Below are positions 22,123 to 31,674 of a stretch of 64,000 bases of DNA, in pieces. The stretch's first letter is position 1. Every line of letters starts with the position of its first letter. Under the pieces are notes generated by a model. That model was not told where the DNA came from and did no database searches. It worked only from the letters and a program-made list of their open reading frames with translations. Position numbers and translations under genes: made by a program. The DNA lies in IMG/VR virus record IMGVR_UViG_2563366960_000002; one strand, given 5' to 3'. The stretch comes from a virus. Its lineage: Duplodnaviria > Heunggongvirae > Uroviricota > Caudoviricetes.

Positions 22123-22575
22123 TCAGATACGTGCGGATGTGGCATTACCGTAATGACGGTGCTGACGGGCCACCTTATTGAAAAGTTGACGCGCCATTAC
22201 CCAAGGCTGGTGCTCCCGGCGTTCCTTTTCGTCCTGCGTCATATAGAGTTCGTTCTGGAGTTTTTCATCAAACCGGCGCGGAGCGCGGCTACGGCGAAAG
22301 AATTCAGGATTCAGAGAGTGGATCTGAAATCTACGTGGGCGTGTACTGTCATCAATCAAAACAGACGAATACTTAGACACAGCGATAGCCTTTAAGCGCA
22401 GATAAACATCGCGCTTATCGACATCCAGATGCGGGTATTCCTTTTCAAGAATTGCTGCGAGTTCTTTCGCTGATAGAAGAGATTTAGTGCGGATCATGTA
22501 ATCCGCAATCTCGTACGATGTTATTCGTGAGTGATTTATTTCCATGAAGTGGCGTCCCTGCCAGTTAAGTAACAT
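22123..22575 (-). CDS. lpa: Lpa, late promoter activator
   Basis: 150 aa; ATG with AGGTGA Shine-Dalgarno; C1 operator directly upstream; position before pacA as in P1. Confidence 0.75.
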   Translation of the reverse strand: MLLNWQGRHFMEINHSRITSYEIADYMIRTKSLLSAKELAAILEKEYPHLDVDKRDVYLRLKAIAVSKYSSVLIDDSTRPRRFQIHSLNPEFFRRSRAPRRFDEKLQNELYMTQDEKERREHQPWVMARQLFNKVARQHRHYGNATSARI

Positions 22576-22635
22576 CCTGTCACCTACTGATTAGCCCATG
22601 TCAACTAATCAACGTGGAATATAATACCCTCGATT

Positions 22636-22662
22636 AAAGAAATAGCAATACATTAGAGCAAT
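22636..22662 (-). promoter_or_regulatory. C1 operator(s) upstream of lpa
   Basis: Reverse complement ATTGCTCTAATGTATTG overlapping a second ATTGCTATTT-type copy. Confidence 0.7.
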
Positions 22663-22663
22663 T

Positions 22664-23707
22664 TTATCTAACGCTCGACGAGTGACTTGTGATAGCGCCG
22701 ACTCCAAGCGCGTAATCAAAGAACAATCGTTGATGCATCGCCAGCCTACCGTGCGTCTTCTCCCAATTATCGCGGTCACGCTCAATATCACGCTGGCATG
22801 ACTGGCACAGAGGAATTGCGTAAATGTCATGCGCGCATAATCGACTATGACGAACGATATAAGGCGTAATGTGAGCGCCAGCTCCCGCCGCTCCACACCC
22901 ACAGCATGGACGGGAAGCAACAAAGTCCATGTACTCAGGTAATTTTAGCGATTGCAGTTTTGGTATTTTGAAATGCGCCATGCCAGGGTCGGAGTCAACA
23001 TCCACAGGGCATACTTTTGCACGCATCGGCGCGGCGCGTTCTTCCATCATCTGAACATATGCTGTAGCGCGATCGTCATACGGGCGAATATCCGCCTCTT
23101 TCAGAGGTCCGCTATCCTGCGTTGCGGCTTTCATCTTATTTATTGATATACGGCAAACTTCTTCCGGCATCAGGTGCATCATGTTGCGCATGAAAGCCCA
23201 CCAGCACAGTTCCTGAATACTTAAATCATGGCCATCTGAAAGCCCCATTTCCTGACGGGCGACATCCAGTATCCAGTTAACGCGATTATTATGCAGCGTT
23301 TCTTTCAGCTCATTAAAACCACGCATCCGGTAATGGTTATCGTGATGCCAGCACAACAACACCGCGCTATTGTCTCGTTCAGCGTGGACAATATGGTTGT
23401 CACACCAACTACGATCTGCGGCCTGGCATTGCCCCTCTTTCCTGCGCAACCACGCCACCAGCGAGTCAATCCCACCAATACGGCGAAACAGTTCATCGCT
23501 GTTAAAAAACGGCTGCAACGCCTCATTTGTTGCCATAGTTTGCTCGGAAACAACGAGGCCGTCGTCCATGTGCTCGATTAACTCACGCGGCACCGGCTCC
23601 ATAATAAATTTACGGCCAGCCTCCACCAGCTTTCTGACCTCCTGATCCACTTTGAATGTGGCGACGCCAAGCTCTTTTTGTACAAAGGGAGTAATTACGG
23701 CTTTCAC
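22664..23707 (-). CDS. pdcB: PdcB-like protein
   Basis: 347 aa; GTG start with AAGGTG Shine-Dalgarno; position downstream of doc; several Cys clusters; function unknown. Confidence 0.55.
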   Translation of the reverse strand: MKAVITPFVQKELGVATFKVDQEVRKLVEAGRKFIMEPVPRELIEHMDDGLVVSEQTMATNEALQPFFNSDELFRRIGGIDSLVAWLRRKEGQCQAADRSWCDNHIVHAERDNSAVLLCWHHDNHYRMRGFNELKETLHNNRVNWILDVARQEMGLSDGHDLSIQELCWWAFMRNMMHLMPEEVCRISINKMKAATQDSGPLKEADIRPYDDRATAYVQMMEERAAPMRAKVCPVDVDSDPGMAHFKIPKLQSLKLPEYMDFVASRPCCGCGAAGAGAHITPYIVRHSRLCAHDIYAIPLCQSCQRDIERDRDNWEKTHGRLAMHQRLFFDYALGVGAITSHSSSVR

Positions 23708-23734
23708 ATCACACCTTTCATCACTGATTGGGCT

Positions 23735-23914
23735 TTATCTGCTGCCCGGCATTCTCTGTTTAAGCACAACCATTTCCTGACGGCATAACACAGCAATAGC
23801 GGTCCTGACACCAACTTGCTTACCAACCAGGTATTGCTTTACCTCGCGGCGACTCACGCCATCAAGAAGCATCTTTAACGCTTCACGGGACAACTTGTTG
23901 TATTTACGTGCCAT
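23735..23914 (-). CDS. Small protein immediately downstream of doc (pdcA-like)
   Basis: 59 aa from ATG 23914, 5 nt after the doc stop; basic, HTH-like stretch. Confidence 0.4.
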   Translation of the reverse strand: MARKYNKLSREALKMLLDGVSRREVKQYLVGKQVGVRTAIAVLCRQEMVVLKQRMPGSR

Positions 23915-23918
23915 TAAT

Positions 23919-24299
23919 CTACTCCGCAGAACCATACAATCTACGTAACGTGTCGGCGACAGAAGATACAGATATCTCTCCGGTCGCAGCCCCTACGGTA
24001 AGGTCTGCCAGTTCTGGTGAATCAAATACCTGCACCCCGTTACGGCGTAGAAATAGCAGCGCACTGTTTAGCGCGGTACGCTTATTGGCATCATTGAATA
24101 TATGCCCTCTCGCAGTAGCCACCAGGTAGGTGGCGGAGACTTCGAAAAGGTCGGTGATATCTTCGTAGGCAACTCTGGCCTGAACTCTCCCGATAATGGC
24201 CTCTGCCCTACCCGGATCTGACATTCCCGGCAGGCCGCCGTAGCGGTTTATATTCGCATCATGAAGCGCAATAAGTTCTTCCGGTGATATATGCCTCAT
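23919..24299 (-). CDS. doc: Doc toxin (Fic-fold kinase) of the phd-doc addiction module
   Basis: 126 aa; Fic-like motif [11 protein letters not shown]; ATG overlaps the phd stop. Confidence 0.95.
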   Translation of the reverse strand: MRHISPEELIALHDANINRYGGLPGMSDPGRAEAIIGRVQARVAYEDITDLFEVSATYLVATARGHIFNDANKRTALNSALLFLRRNGVQVFDSPELADLTVGAATGEISVSSVADTLRRLYGSAE

Positions 24300-24520
24300 T
24301 ATCGGTTAACCAGTTCCTTGTTGGTGGAGTCCAGGGTGTCAAACAGGGATGCAAATTCAGCATCCAGCGCCGCTTTTTTGTAGGCTTCGAAAGTAGCCTT
24401 GCTGACAATTACTGCTGGCTCACGGCCTCTGCGAGTGATTTCAACCTCTTCCCCGGCTTCAACATTGTTGAGCACTTCAGAAAGGTTGCCGCGCGCGGTA
24501 CGGAAGTTAATGGATTGCAT
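24299..24520 (-). CDS. phd: Phd antitoxin
   Basis: 73 aa from ATG 24520 ([49 protein letters not shown]...), recognised as P1 Phd. Confidence 0.95.
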   Translation of the reverse strand: MQSINFRTARGNLSEVLNNVEAGEEVEITRRGREPAVIVSKATFEAYKKAALDAEFASLFDTLDSTNKELVNR

Positions 24521-24592
24521 AAACACCTCGTGTACTCGTTATGTGTACACAATTATAAACCTCACAGGCATAAAGCACCAGCCCTTTGCAGC

Positions 24593-24982
24593 TTAAATGA
24601 CCGGACAATCATCAAATTCCCCACTTCGGGCATCATTGATGACATGAGTGATCACACCAAAAACAGCATTACTTCCCGTGCATCCATCGTCATCTACTGG
24701 TAACGCCTCTTTCTTCCCGGTGCTTAAATCCTCCAGGTGCTGGCGCGGATACTTTCGGTATCTCTTTATGCGATATTCACCCTCCATAGCGCACACAAGC
24801 AGCGAACCATCAACTGGAGTAAGCGAAGAATCAACCACCAGCAAAGCACCCTGCAATATTCCCTCACGGTGATGGCTATCAGCTGCCCGCATGAAGTAGG
24901 TTGCTGATGGATGCCTGATTAGTTGCTGATCAAGAGAAATTCGGCTTTCAACATAATCCGCCGCAGGAGAAGGGAAGCCCAT
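24593..24982 (-). CDS. humD: HumD, UmuD' homolog
   Basis: 129 aa; S24/UmuD-like sequence lacking the N-terminal cleaved segment; LexA box 22 bp upstream. Confidence 0.9.
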   Translation of the reverse strand: MGFPSPAADYVESRISLDQQLIRHPSATYFMRAADSHHREGILQGALLVVDSSLTPVDGSLLVCAMEGEYRIKRYRKYPRQHLEDLSTGKKEALPVDDDGCTGSNAVFGVITHVINDARSGEFDDCPVI

Positions 24983-25003
24983 AGCGTTTTCACCTCAATA
25001 ATG

Positions 25004-25019
25004 CTGTTCATTTATACAG
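25004..25019. promoter_or_regulatory. LexA (SOS) box
   Basis: CTGT-TCATTTAT-ACAG (CTGT-N8-ACAG) between humD and the divergent 25156 gene. Confidence 0.7.
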
Positions 25020-25155
25020 TATACATTAAAGAGACACCTTTGGTGCAAACGCGTTATGGATCTTAACCCCTCTGATGACTTTGTGCGCTTTGCTACTATT
25101 CATCACCGCTGGATCAGCGTAACCTCGTTACTAATCAATTAATAAGGAATTAGCC

Positions 25156-25740
25156 ATGCCTGCCCGCATTCCTCTCGATCCTGCATTGCCCAAAAATTTT
25201 GACTGCACTCCTAACGAGAAACGCTCCAAAGCCCAGCTGGACGCCTGGTGGGACCATCCCTATGGAGTTACAGAACCTGACGGGAAAATTCTTGTTTATT
25301 GTCTGAATGGTGGCGCGTGGGACCGTCCATCCGTGCTTGGTTTTGTAGATAACTATGATGAAGCCTGTGAACTTGCCGAAAGACAGCAAGCTAGATGGGT
25401 CAAAACACGGTCTAAACCGTCATTCATGTTTTCAAAAGAACCGCCATTTATACTGGCGAGGATGCCGCAGCGACCGGATCATCAACAAGAAATTGTTGCT
25501 GAATTTTCCTCAAGGGATGAGATGAATCTCTTCTCATTAAAGCAGGAAGAAAGGGATCGCGTCGAAGTGTCTCCAACTCTCGACCACAACCGGATGAACC
25601 TGGCCCAGCTCGCCTGGTACAGCAAAGAATTAGAGATGTCTATTGCCCGGCTTGAAAACGAAAAAGCCGCTATCCAAGTCCAGCACGAAGTAGTTCTGAA
25701 CCGGATTAGAGAAATGCAAAACGATAACAGGGGATTTTGA
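25156..25740 (+). CDS. Hypothetical protein (first gene of a two-gene module divergent from humD)
   Basis: 194 aa; AAGGA Shine-Dalgarno; C-terminal coiled-coil; no domain recognised. Confidence 0.6.
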   Translation: MPARIPLDPALPKNFDCTPNEKRSKAQLDAWWDHPYGVTEPDGKILVYCLNGGAWDRPSVLGFVDNYDEACELAERQQARWVKTRSKPSFMFSKEPPFILARMPQRPDHQQEIVAEFSSRDEMNLFSLKQEERDRVEVSPTLDHNRMNLAQLAWYSKELEMSIARLENEKAAIQVQHEVVLNRIREMQNDNRGF

Positions 25741-26097
25741 ATGGCTAAAATCGAGTACCATCGCGATCGCGGTAATTACCTGGAAATATACGATCATGAA
25801 TCTCTTAACGATATCAACGATGCGTTATATGAATACTGTGAAAAAACGAGCATCACAGATGCACCTGATGCATTTGTCGAGCTGCCGGTATATCTCCGCG
25901 ACATCTATGCAATACGAACACCGCCCGTATCGGTGATTCACATTGGCTATGTCCGCCTGTCCATCGAAGAAGATGAAGATCGTTATATCGTGCGCCACTA
26001 TACATTGGACAGAAAAGAACTTCCTAATGAATGGAACATGAGTAATTTCTACAACGGTGAATATGGCTTAAAATCCGCTAATAATTTACGGTCATAA
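25741..26097 (+). CDS. Hypothetical protein (second gene of the module)
   Basis: 118 aa; ATG directly after the stop of the preceding ORF; no domain recognised. Confidence 0.6.
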   Translation: MAKIEYHRDRGNYLEIYDHESLNDINDALYEYCEKTSITDAPDAFVELPVYLRDIYAIRTPPVSVIHIGYVRLSIEEDEDRYIVRHYTLDRKELPNEWNMSNFYNGEYGLKSANNLRS

Positions 26098-26959
26098 TCT
26101 ATACAGGCATGTATAACAACAATGAGCCTATTAGCTGTCAACAACGTTATTTTCTCAAATAAGAAAAAGCAGAAAACAAATTGTTTAAGGTCACAAATTG
26201 TGGCCTTGATGGAGGAGGGAGGCTTATTGGCTATGGCTAAAAATCAAATTAGACACTTCATGTTGCTGTAGCTCATCAAGATCCGAGGCCACAAAACCTT
26301 TTCCGAAAAACTTCACAAGTAACTCACTAGCCGCATCATTGTCACCTATTACACGAAAGTCATACGGCAACGTCGCAAGCTGACGATGTAATCCTGCTGA
26401 GAAAGTCGAATCTAACAGCGCCCAGAATTCCCACCGCAGGATAATACTCGCCTCTTAATACTGTATATATGTTGTTACGATATGTTTTTCTGTCTCTAAA
26501 AAAAGATGTTAATAGAATGCTAACCATTGAAGGGGATAAAAATATACAATTCCAACAAACGTTATTTTTAACAATTTTTTTCTTTGCGTTGACTTTCCCG
26601 GACACCTTGTCTGACCGAAGGTGCGCGAAAGCCACTTTTTCCTTCCTGAGTTATCCACAAAGTTATGCACTTGCAAGAGGGCCATTTTCTACATATTGTG
26701 GTGGCTAACAGATGAAATGAATGTAGATTAATTGAAGATAAGGAGAAAATTTGAGATGCAATCATGACGTTAATAGATAGGGTCTGCATTACAGACCCCA
26801 CCCGCATCAAGGAATTAGCCGTTCCCTGATGTTTTTCCGAAAACATGTGCCGTAAGCTCACGTTAACGACTTTCATTCACCGAATCCAACTATATAGGGG
26901 TTGGTTTTCTACGTCAACGTGAGCAAGTGCACCTTTACATTTGACAAGGAACCACCTGA

Positions 26960-27097
26960 ATGAACGCTTTTTTTCAGTTCCTGAGTGCATTTTTAGATGC
27001 GCCTATTATTAGCCAGATTCTGGCTATTATCCTCATCATCGTTTTGATTTTGCTTTTAAGGTCAGTAAAAAATGGAATTATGCACTGGCTTACTTAA
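26960..27097 (+). CDS. 45-aa hydrophobic peptide in an AT-rich intergenic island
   Basis: MNAFFQFLSAFLDAPIISQILAIILIIVLILLLRSVKNGIMHWLT: one TM helix plus basic anchor; AAGGA 9 nt upstream; hairpin AATGTTTC-agt-GAAACATT right after the stop. Confidence 0.35.
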   Translation: MNAFFQFLSAFLDAPIISQILAIILIIVLILLLRSVKNGIMHWLT

Positions 27098-27172
27098 TGT
27101 TTCAGTGAAACATTAAAATCTCCTTGATGTGGAAACAATCATTTTCTGTATGTGCTGGTGGGCACCTGTAGT

Positions 27173-27535
27173 TCAGCTTTCGTTGGCATTTAACTTCGTC
27201 TTTGCTTTCTCCACCAGCAACTTCCAGATGCCTATTTCATTAGCAGCCGCCTTGATGGCGGCATAAAAAGCATCTTGCTGATCGTAACGCTGGATCTGTT
27301 TTTTCAGTTTTGCCTCCACCAATTTAATTTCATTACGTGCTTTCTGAAGCCGCATCACCGCCCGGTTACGTCTGTTCTTGTATAGCGTGTTAATCTCTGA
27401 CAATTGCTTTAATTTACCAGCCTGACTGCGGATTATCGCCTCCCTGGCTTCTGCCGTGCGTCTCATCTGATCTCTTAAGAGTTCACCGTTTTCGATAATT
27501 CTTTCAAGGTGTTTGATGTGATCTGCAACTCTCAT
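27173..27535 (-). CDS. Hypothetical coiled-coil protein (last gene of an early operon)
   Basis: 120 aa; start overlaps the upstream gene stop. Confidence 0.55.
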   Translation of the reverse strand: MRVADHIKHLERIIENGELLRDQMRRTAEAREAIIRSQAGKLKQLSEINTLYKNRRNRAVMRLQKARNEIKLVEAKLKKQIQRYDQQDAFYAAIKAAANEIGIWKLLVEKAKTKLNANES

Positions 27536-28464
27536 ACTTCACCCTCGCTTGTATCACCAGCGTCCACCAACGACAATAAAGCCCTGGCCATCTTATGAAC
27601 CAACAGTGCATCAATAATGCCAAGCGTATGCCCCGGCTTAATGTTTAATGCTGCCTCAAGATGACACCTTTCCAGACCGCTTTTCTCGGCTTGTTTATGA
27701 TGATATGGCGTAATAACGTCGCCCAAAACACGGCTAATTCTTTCTCGTAATTGCTGAGTGCCAGCACACTTGATCGCTGTATCGTGGAGACGGTTAACCA
27801 GTTCGCGATAAACATGCGGCTTAATGCGGATACGTTCACCGGTGACGCCCTTTCCGGGCGCTGGCACCGAACTATCCGGAATATCCGGATAGTTGCCAGC
27901 CTCGTAAGCTACCCGCAGCCAGTGCATGAATGTTTCAGTGGACACACAACCACAGTCCACATCGATTTTCCCGCGTTGCTGTTCCAGCCATTGCCCAAAA
28001 TCCAACCTGTAAGTCTTACTTTCAAGTTCATCACCATTGAACTCGACTTTCTGCGACGCTATGAGAGCTGATTCGTATTGTTCGCGAGTGACAACTGACT
28101 GGTATTCATCGCTATCAAGGTCACCAATTGGAAGCTCAATCTCACAACAAAAATTGCGCCCAAAGAAAGTGTCTTTTTTGTGGTCTGAGCCAAAAGCAAA
28201 AGTCGCGCATGGTGCCATTAAATTGACACTGGGTAGGTAGCAATAACTCATTCCATCAGGCCACCCGCCGCACTTAGGCAGCTCCTTCACTAACAAGTCG
28301 ATAAACTTCATTTTTTTATCATCTTTGCAAGCCGCCAAAGCCATTTGGGCAAGTGCCAATACTTCATCTGCCGTATATCCAGCACCGTGACCATACATTT
28401 CGATACGGGAAATAATCTCTGATATACGCTCTTCAGTGATTCTGGTCATTTCTTTTTGCGCCAT
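27532..28464 (-). CDS. Hypothetical protein
   Basis: 310 aa ATG ORF; Cys-rich central region; no family recognised. Confidence 0.6.
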   Translation of the reverse strand: MAQKEMTRITEERISEIISRIEMYGHGAGYTADEVLALAQMALAACKDDKKMKFIDLLVKELPKCGGWPDGMSYCYLPSVNLMAPCATFAFGSDHKKDTFFGRNFCCEIELPIGDLDSDEYQSVVTREQYESALIASQKVEFNGDELESKTYRLDFGQWLEQQRGKIDVDCGCVSTETFMHWLRVAYEAGNYPDIPDSSVPAPGKGVTGERIRIKPHVYRELVNRLHDTAIKCAGTQQLRERISRVLGDVITPYHHKQAEKSGLERCHLEAALNIKPGHTLGIIDALLVHKMARALLSLVDAGDTSEGEV

Positions 28465-28820
28465 TTCTTTTCACATTCCTTAGTCCATTTTTCAATGTTC
28501 ATTTTGGCAATATCAGTCATTCCATCACCTAAGAAATACTTTCTCCGGTACGTCTTGCACTTAAACCACACTACAACAGCCACCAGCCAGAAAATAAAAG
28601 GCCATACAGCAATACCAACGACAGCCGCGATAAAGCCCAATAGCCATAAATGAAGCTCTCCAACTTCTGTTTCCAGCAATATTCTTAAAGAATTAAACAG
28701 CAGGCTGAACGAATGGTCGTATGCATTGGCAGTATAAGACATGCAATCCATATAATTAAAGTCATAGCCTGCGGCTGCCGCCCATAATGGGCGGTCAAGA
28801 AAATGTTTTAGTGTCATCAT
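28446..28820 (-). CDS. Small two-TM membrane protein with poly-basic C-terminus
   Basis: 124 aa; TM stretch LWLLGFIAAVVGIAVWPFIFWLVAVVVWF; tail KKWRKKK; AT-rich. Confidence 0.5.
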   Translation of the reverse strand: MMTLKHFLDRPLWAAAAGYDFNYMDCMSYTANAYDHSFSLLFNSLRILLETEVGELHLWLLGFIAAVVGIAVWPFIFWLVAVVVWFKCKTYRRKYFLGDGMTDIAKMNIEKWTKECEKKWRKKK

Positions 28821-28826
28821 ATAAAT

Positions 28827-29120
28827 TTAAGGTTCAGACCAGTTATCTTCAATAGCAATGCTTAATCTTTGTAGCCATTCTGCTAATTTCAGCATTGCTT
28901 CTCTTTCGCTTAAACCACGAGGAAAATCATCAAGCGAAATTGTTGGCTTGAAGCCCCCGTAATTATCCATTTCAACAGTCAGATTTTGCTCCAGCACGGT
29001 ATTCCTTATGCGGCTATTGTGCCGAAGCAAATATACTGAACGTGATTTATTGGTTTTATGGTCAAACTGATATTCGGTAAGTATCATCTGGCTTTTGCCA
29101 TGACTATTACCTCTCCACAT
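28827..29120 (-). CDS. Hypothetical protein in the AT-rich module
   Basis: 97 aa from ATG 29120 with GAGG Shine-Dalgarno; the upstream peptide stop TGA lies inside this Shine-Dalgarno. Confidence 0.5.
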   Translation of the reverse strand: MWRGNSHGKSQMILTEYQFDHKTNKSRSVYLLRHNSRIRNTVLEQNLTVEMDNYGGFKPTISLDDFPRGLSEREAMLKLAEWLQRLSIAIEDNWSEP

Positions 29121-29127
29121 ACTTACC

Positions 29128-29250
29128 TCACTTAATAAAACAAATCCATACGTAGTTGATGATTTTTCCCCACGTAATATAAATATGCACTCCAGCAGAA
29201 AAACCAAAACCTACAATTACTGAAAAAATCAAAACATTTACTTTTGACAT
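29128..29250 (-). CDS. 40-aa single-TM peptide
   Basis: MSKVNVLIFSVIVGFGFSAGVHIYITWGKIINYVWICFIK; below the track cutoff; translationally coupled to the downstream gene. Confidence 0.35.
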   Translation of the reverse strand: MSKVNVLIFSVIVGFGFSAGVHIYITWGKIINYVWICFIK

Positions 29251-29298
29251 TATAAAATTTCTCTCGTTTTCGTAGGTGATAGCACCATAATTGCTAAT

Positions 29299-29532
29299 TT
29301 AGTGAGTTAGCAGTTCCATTTTTTGGATGATTTCCGCATGAGTATCATCGTTGCCAACACTTAACTCGTTTAATGCCTCTCGCACTACATCAACTTCTTC
29401 TGGTTGGAAGAAGTCATCTCGGTAGTCACCAAATAAAACCGAAACAAGCCTGCCACCAGCAACATCAAGATTGGCGCTAACAGGTGGCTCTTTACCATCC
29501 TCAAATTCGACTACAAAAGTTAATTTTCCCAT
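29299..29532 (-). CDS. Small acidic protein
   Basis: 77 aa from ATG 29532; D/E-rich (FVVEFEDGKEPP ... DYRDDFFQPEEVDVV); AT-rich. Confidence 0.5.
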   Translation of the reverse strand: MGKLTFVVEFEDGKEPPVSANLDVAGGRLVSVLFGDYRDDFFQPEEVDVVREALNELSVGNDDTHAEIIQKMELLTH

Positions 29533-29614
29533 CGTTACCACCAGCGACAAATTGAATACAAACCCAGTGCTGCCGCCATCACAATTCCTACCGTTGCGAA
29601 TGCTTCAGGCCAGC

Positions 29615-30799
29615 TCATTGACCTGCCTCCTGCGGCGGTTCTGGTAGCGGCATCCAGTACAAGGCGTTCCCTAACCACGATAAAGTGCCATCGCTCAACT
29701 CCACGTATTCCCCTTGCACCTGTCCTGCCATATACTCACCGTGCTTTGAATAAATTAAAATCCAATCATCTTGAGCGGGCATTCGCTCACTACAGCTTAT
29801 CCAACTATCCGGAATAACCGGAGAATTGCCATTTACCAAGTCAGCTCGAACATATAGCGTGTCATCATGGTGCTGATTGTGGCTGCACCACGTTAATTCG
29901 CTTAACTCGCCATCTTCTGGCCATACTCCAGCTGTTTGCAGCCAGATATGGGCTGGCGCATCCTGGCAAGGTGTATTAACTGGAAACTTGTAAGTTTGGC
30001 TTACAGGTTGGCTACCCTGAAGCATGGCAGCGTGGCAGGCATACTCAACGCCCTTAACTGCATCTGCGCAGTAGTTATAGCGATTGCATTCCACTAATTT
30101 CCGTTTGAGTTTTTCAATTGCCTGCGCGACATCAGCCTGTATTACAGGAACTGGCGGAACGGCTGTTTGCTCTCGAACGTCATTAGTCGCTATCGGTTCT
30201 GCTGCCAACTGACTGGCATATTTGTTAATGGTAACGATAAGCTCTTGCTCAGCCTCATCCAGACAATCACCGATACCTCGCCTGTCACCGTCAAAATCAT
30301 CGAAATCGGCACGAATCTTGGCAACCTTCAGGATTGCGGACAACACCTCACTAGGAATTACCGGATAGTTGGTTGACGTTTCCGCGATTTCCCAAAAATT
30401 ATTGGTTGACGAATTCTTGTTTTCCCGAAAGTTTCCGGACTGAAGCATGGCGGCGCGGCAGGCGTTCCAGCCTCTCACCTCTGCAATAGCGGCAACAGCA
30501 TCGACCGCGTACATGCTAAGAGGATTAGGCATTGGTTTTTCTTCCGGTACTACTGGCGCTGGAGGGGCGGCGTAGAGTGGGATCCCTCTCCCTCCACAAG
30601 AAAATTCATTGTGAGCGTTATACTCACGACCATCTGCGTCATCACGCATCCACGCCACCGGCTCTGCTTCCAGCGATGCCAGAGCAATTCGTGCCAGTTC
30701 TTCCGCTTCTTCTGCTGGCAGTACAACGTTGCTACCCGGTCCGTATGTTTCGCGCCACTGCTTGATTGTCAGCAGTCGCTCTTTGGTAATAGTGATCAT
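29615..30799 (-). CDS. Phage protein with DUF551-like C-terminal domain
   Basis: 394 aa; C-terminal WISCSERMP...YWMPLPEPP resembles the DUF551 family common in enterobacterial prophages. Confidence 0.6.
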   Translation of the reverse strand: MITITKERLLTIKQWRETYGPGSNVVLPAEEAEELARIALASLEAEPVAWMRDDADGREYNAHNEFSCGGRGIPLYAAPPAPVVPEEKPMPNPLSMYAVDAVAAIAEVRGWNACRAAMLQSGNFRENKNSSTNNFWEIAETSTNYPVIPSEVLSAILKVAKIRADFDDFDGDRRGIGDCLDEAEQELIVTINKYASQLAAEPIATNDVREQTAVPPVPVIQADVAQAIEKLKRKLVECNRYNYCADAVKGVEYACHAAMLQGSQPVSQTYKFPVNTPCQDAPAHIWLQTAGVWPEDGELSELTWCSHNQHHDDTLYVRADLVNGNSPVIPDSWISCSERMPAQDDWILIYSKHGEYMAGQVQGEYVELSDGTLSWLGNALYWMPLPEPPQEAGQ

Positions 30800-31311
30800 G
30801 CCGCGTTTCCTTCTTTCTTATTAACAATTACACCGTCATATATTTCATTAAGGTGCCCTCTCAACTCCATGCGCCTTAATGCAGATAACATGTAATCGCA
30901 TTCAACCTGCTTATTTCCAGTAAATGGCTTATCGTCAGGATTACCCCAACAGCAATTACCCTTGGGCCACCCATGTACTTTCCGTACTCTTCCGTTAACA
31001 ACGTGAAGTAATCCCCAGCCAGGTGGTAAATCCTCAACTGAAATAATTCCCGGCTCACTAATAAAGAATCGCCAGTCGCCCATTCCAAGAGATGGATTTT
31101 TACGAAAACGCTTTTTTCTATCTGCCAACAAGTCAGCACGAGAACACTTCGCCTCTATCAGGCATGATGCTGAATTTCTGAATCCCATAGCATCTGGCTG
31201 TTCTCCGGTACTGGTTACAGCTATAAAGCGGTCATGAAAACAAACCTTGAACCCGTTGCGCTTAAGGAACTTATACGCAATCTGACAGAGTTCGCGGTGT
31301 GTTAACGCCAT
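30796..31311 (-). CDS. Candidate PD-(D/E)xK nuclease-fold protein
   Basis: 171 aa from ATG 31311; motif GEQPDAMGF...CLIEAKCSRADL resembles a D...(D/E)xK nuclease core; low-confidence fold call. Confidence 0.45.
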   Translation of the reverse strand: MALTHRELCQIAYKFLKRNGFKVCFHDRFIAVTSTGEQPDAMGFRNSASCLIEAKCSRADLLADRKKRFRKNPSLGMGDWRFFISEPGIISVEDLPPGWGLLHVVNGRVRKVHGWPKGNCCWGNPDDKPFTGNKQVECDYMLSALRRMELRGHLNEIYDGVIVNKKEGNAA

Positions 31312-31312
31312 A

Positions 31313-31501
31313 TCACTCTCCTTTAGTGCGCAAGTGGTTTTTCCAGCGGTTTTGCGCCGCGCTGGGCTTTTTGCAAAAACCACAATCCATCATCCCGTAA
31401 TATTTCATCAACCCCATCCGTCGGTTGCTGAGTCTCACCCACTGCCAGACGCCAGGAGCGTTTCTACGAACTAACAGAATCTTTGCTTTACGGTTTTTCA
31501 T
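31313..31501 (-). CDS. Small basic protein (paralog 2 of a tandem pair)
   Basis: 62 aa; N-terminus MKNRKAKILLVRR shared with the upstream ORF; contains CGFC. Confidence 0.45.
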   Translation of the reverse strand: MKNRKAKILLVRRNAPGVWQWVRLSNRRMGLMKYYGMMDCGFCKKPSAAQNRWKNHLRTKGE

Positions 31502-31674
31502 CTTACAGCGTACCCTTTCTTCCGCCTGTTCTGTGACGCAGTAGGCTTACGCTTTGCGGCAAAAGCCACCTGACCAAATGGATGGAGTACCGCTATCTTA
31601 TGGTTGCTAATAACCAGCTCCACCACACGCACAGGTCGCTGTAAAAAAAGTCGTTTTGCCTTACGGTTTTTCAT
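31498..31674 (-). CDS. Small basic protein (paralog 1)
   Basis: 58 aa; MKNRKAKRLFLQR...; ATGA overlap with neighbours on both sides. Confidence 0.4.
   Translation of the reverse strand: MKNRKAKRLFLQRPVRVVELVISNHKIAVLHPFGQVAFAAKRKPTASQNRRKKGYAVR

Noticed and set aside
26360-26876. Track ORFs 26360-26635, 26568-26876 and 26469-26708 in the AT-rich island
   Set aside because: Non-ATG starts, mutually overlapping, low-complexity translations in AT-rich DNA; more likely non-coding regulatory sequence.
27145-27166. Isolated iteron-like sequence TGTGCTGGTGGG about 30 kb from oriR
   Set aside because: Single copy with only a 12/13 core match; no neighbouring repeats or DnaA boxes; most likely chance.
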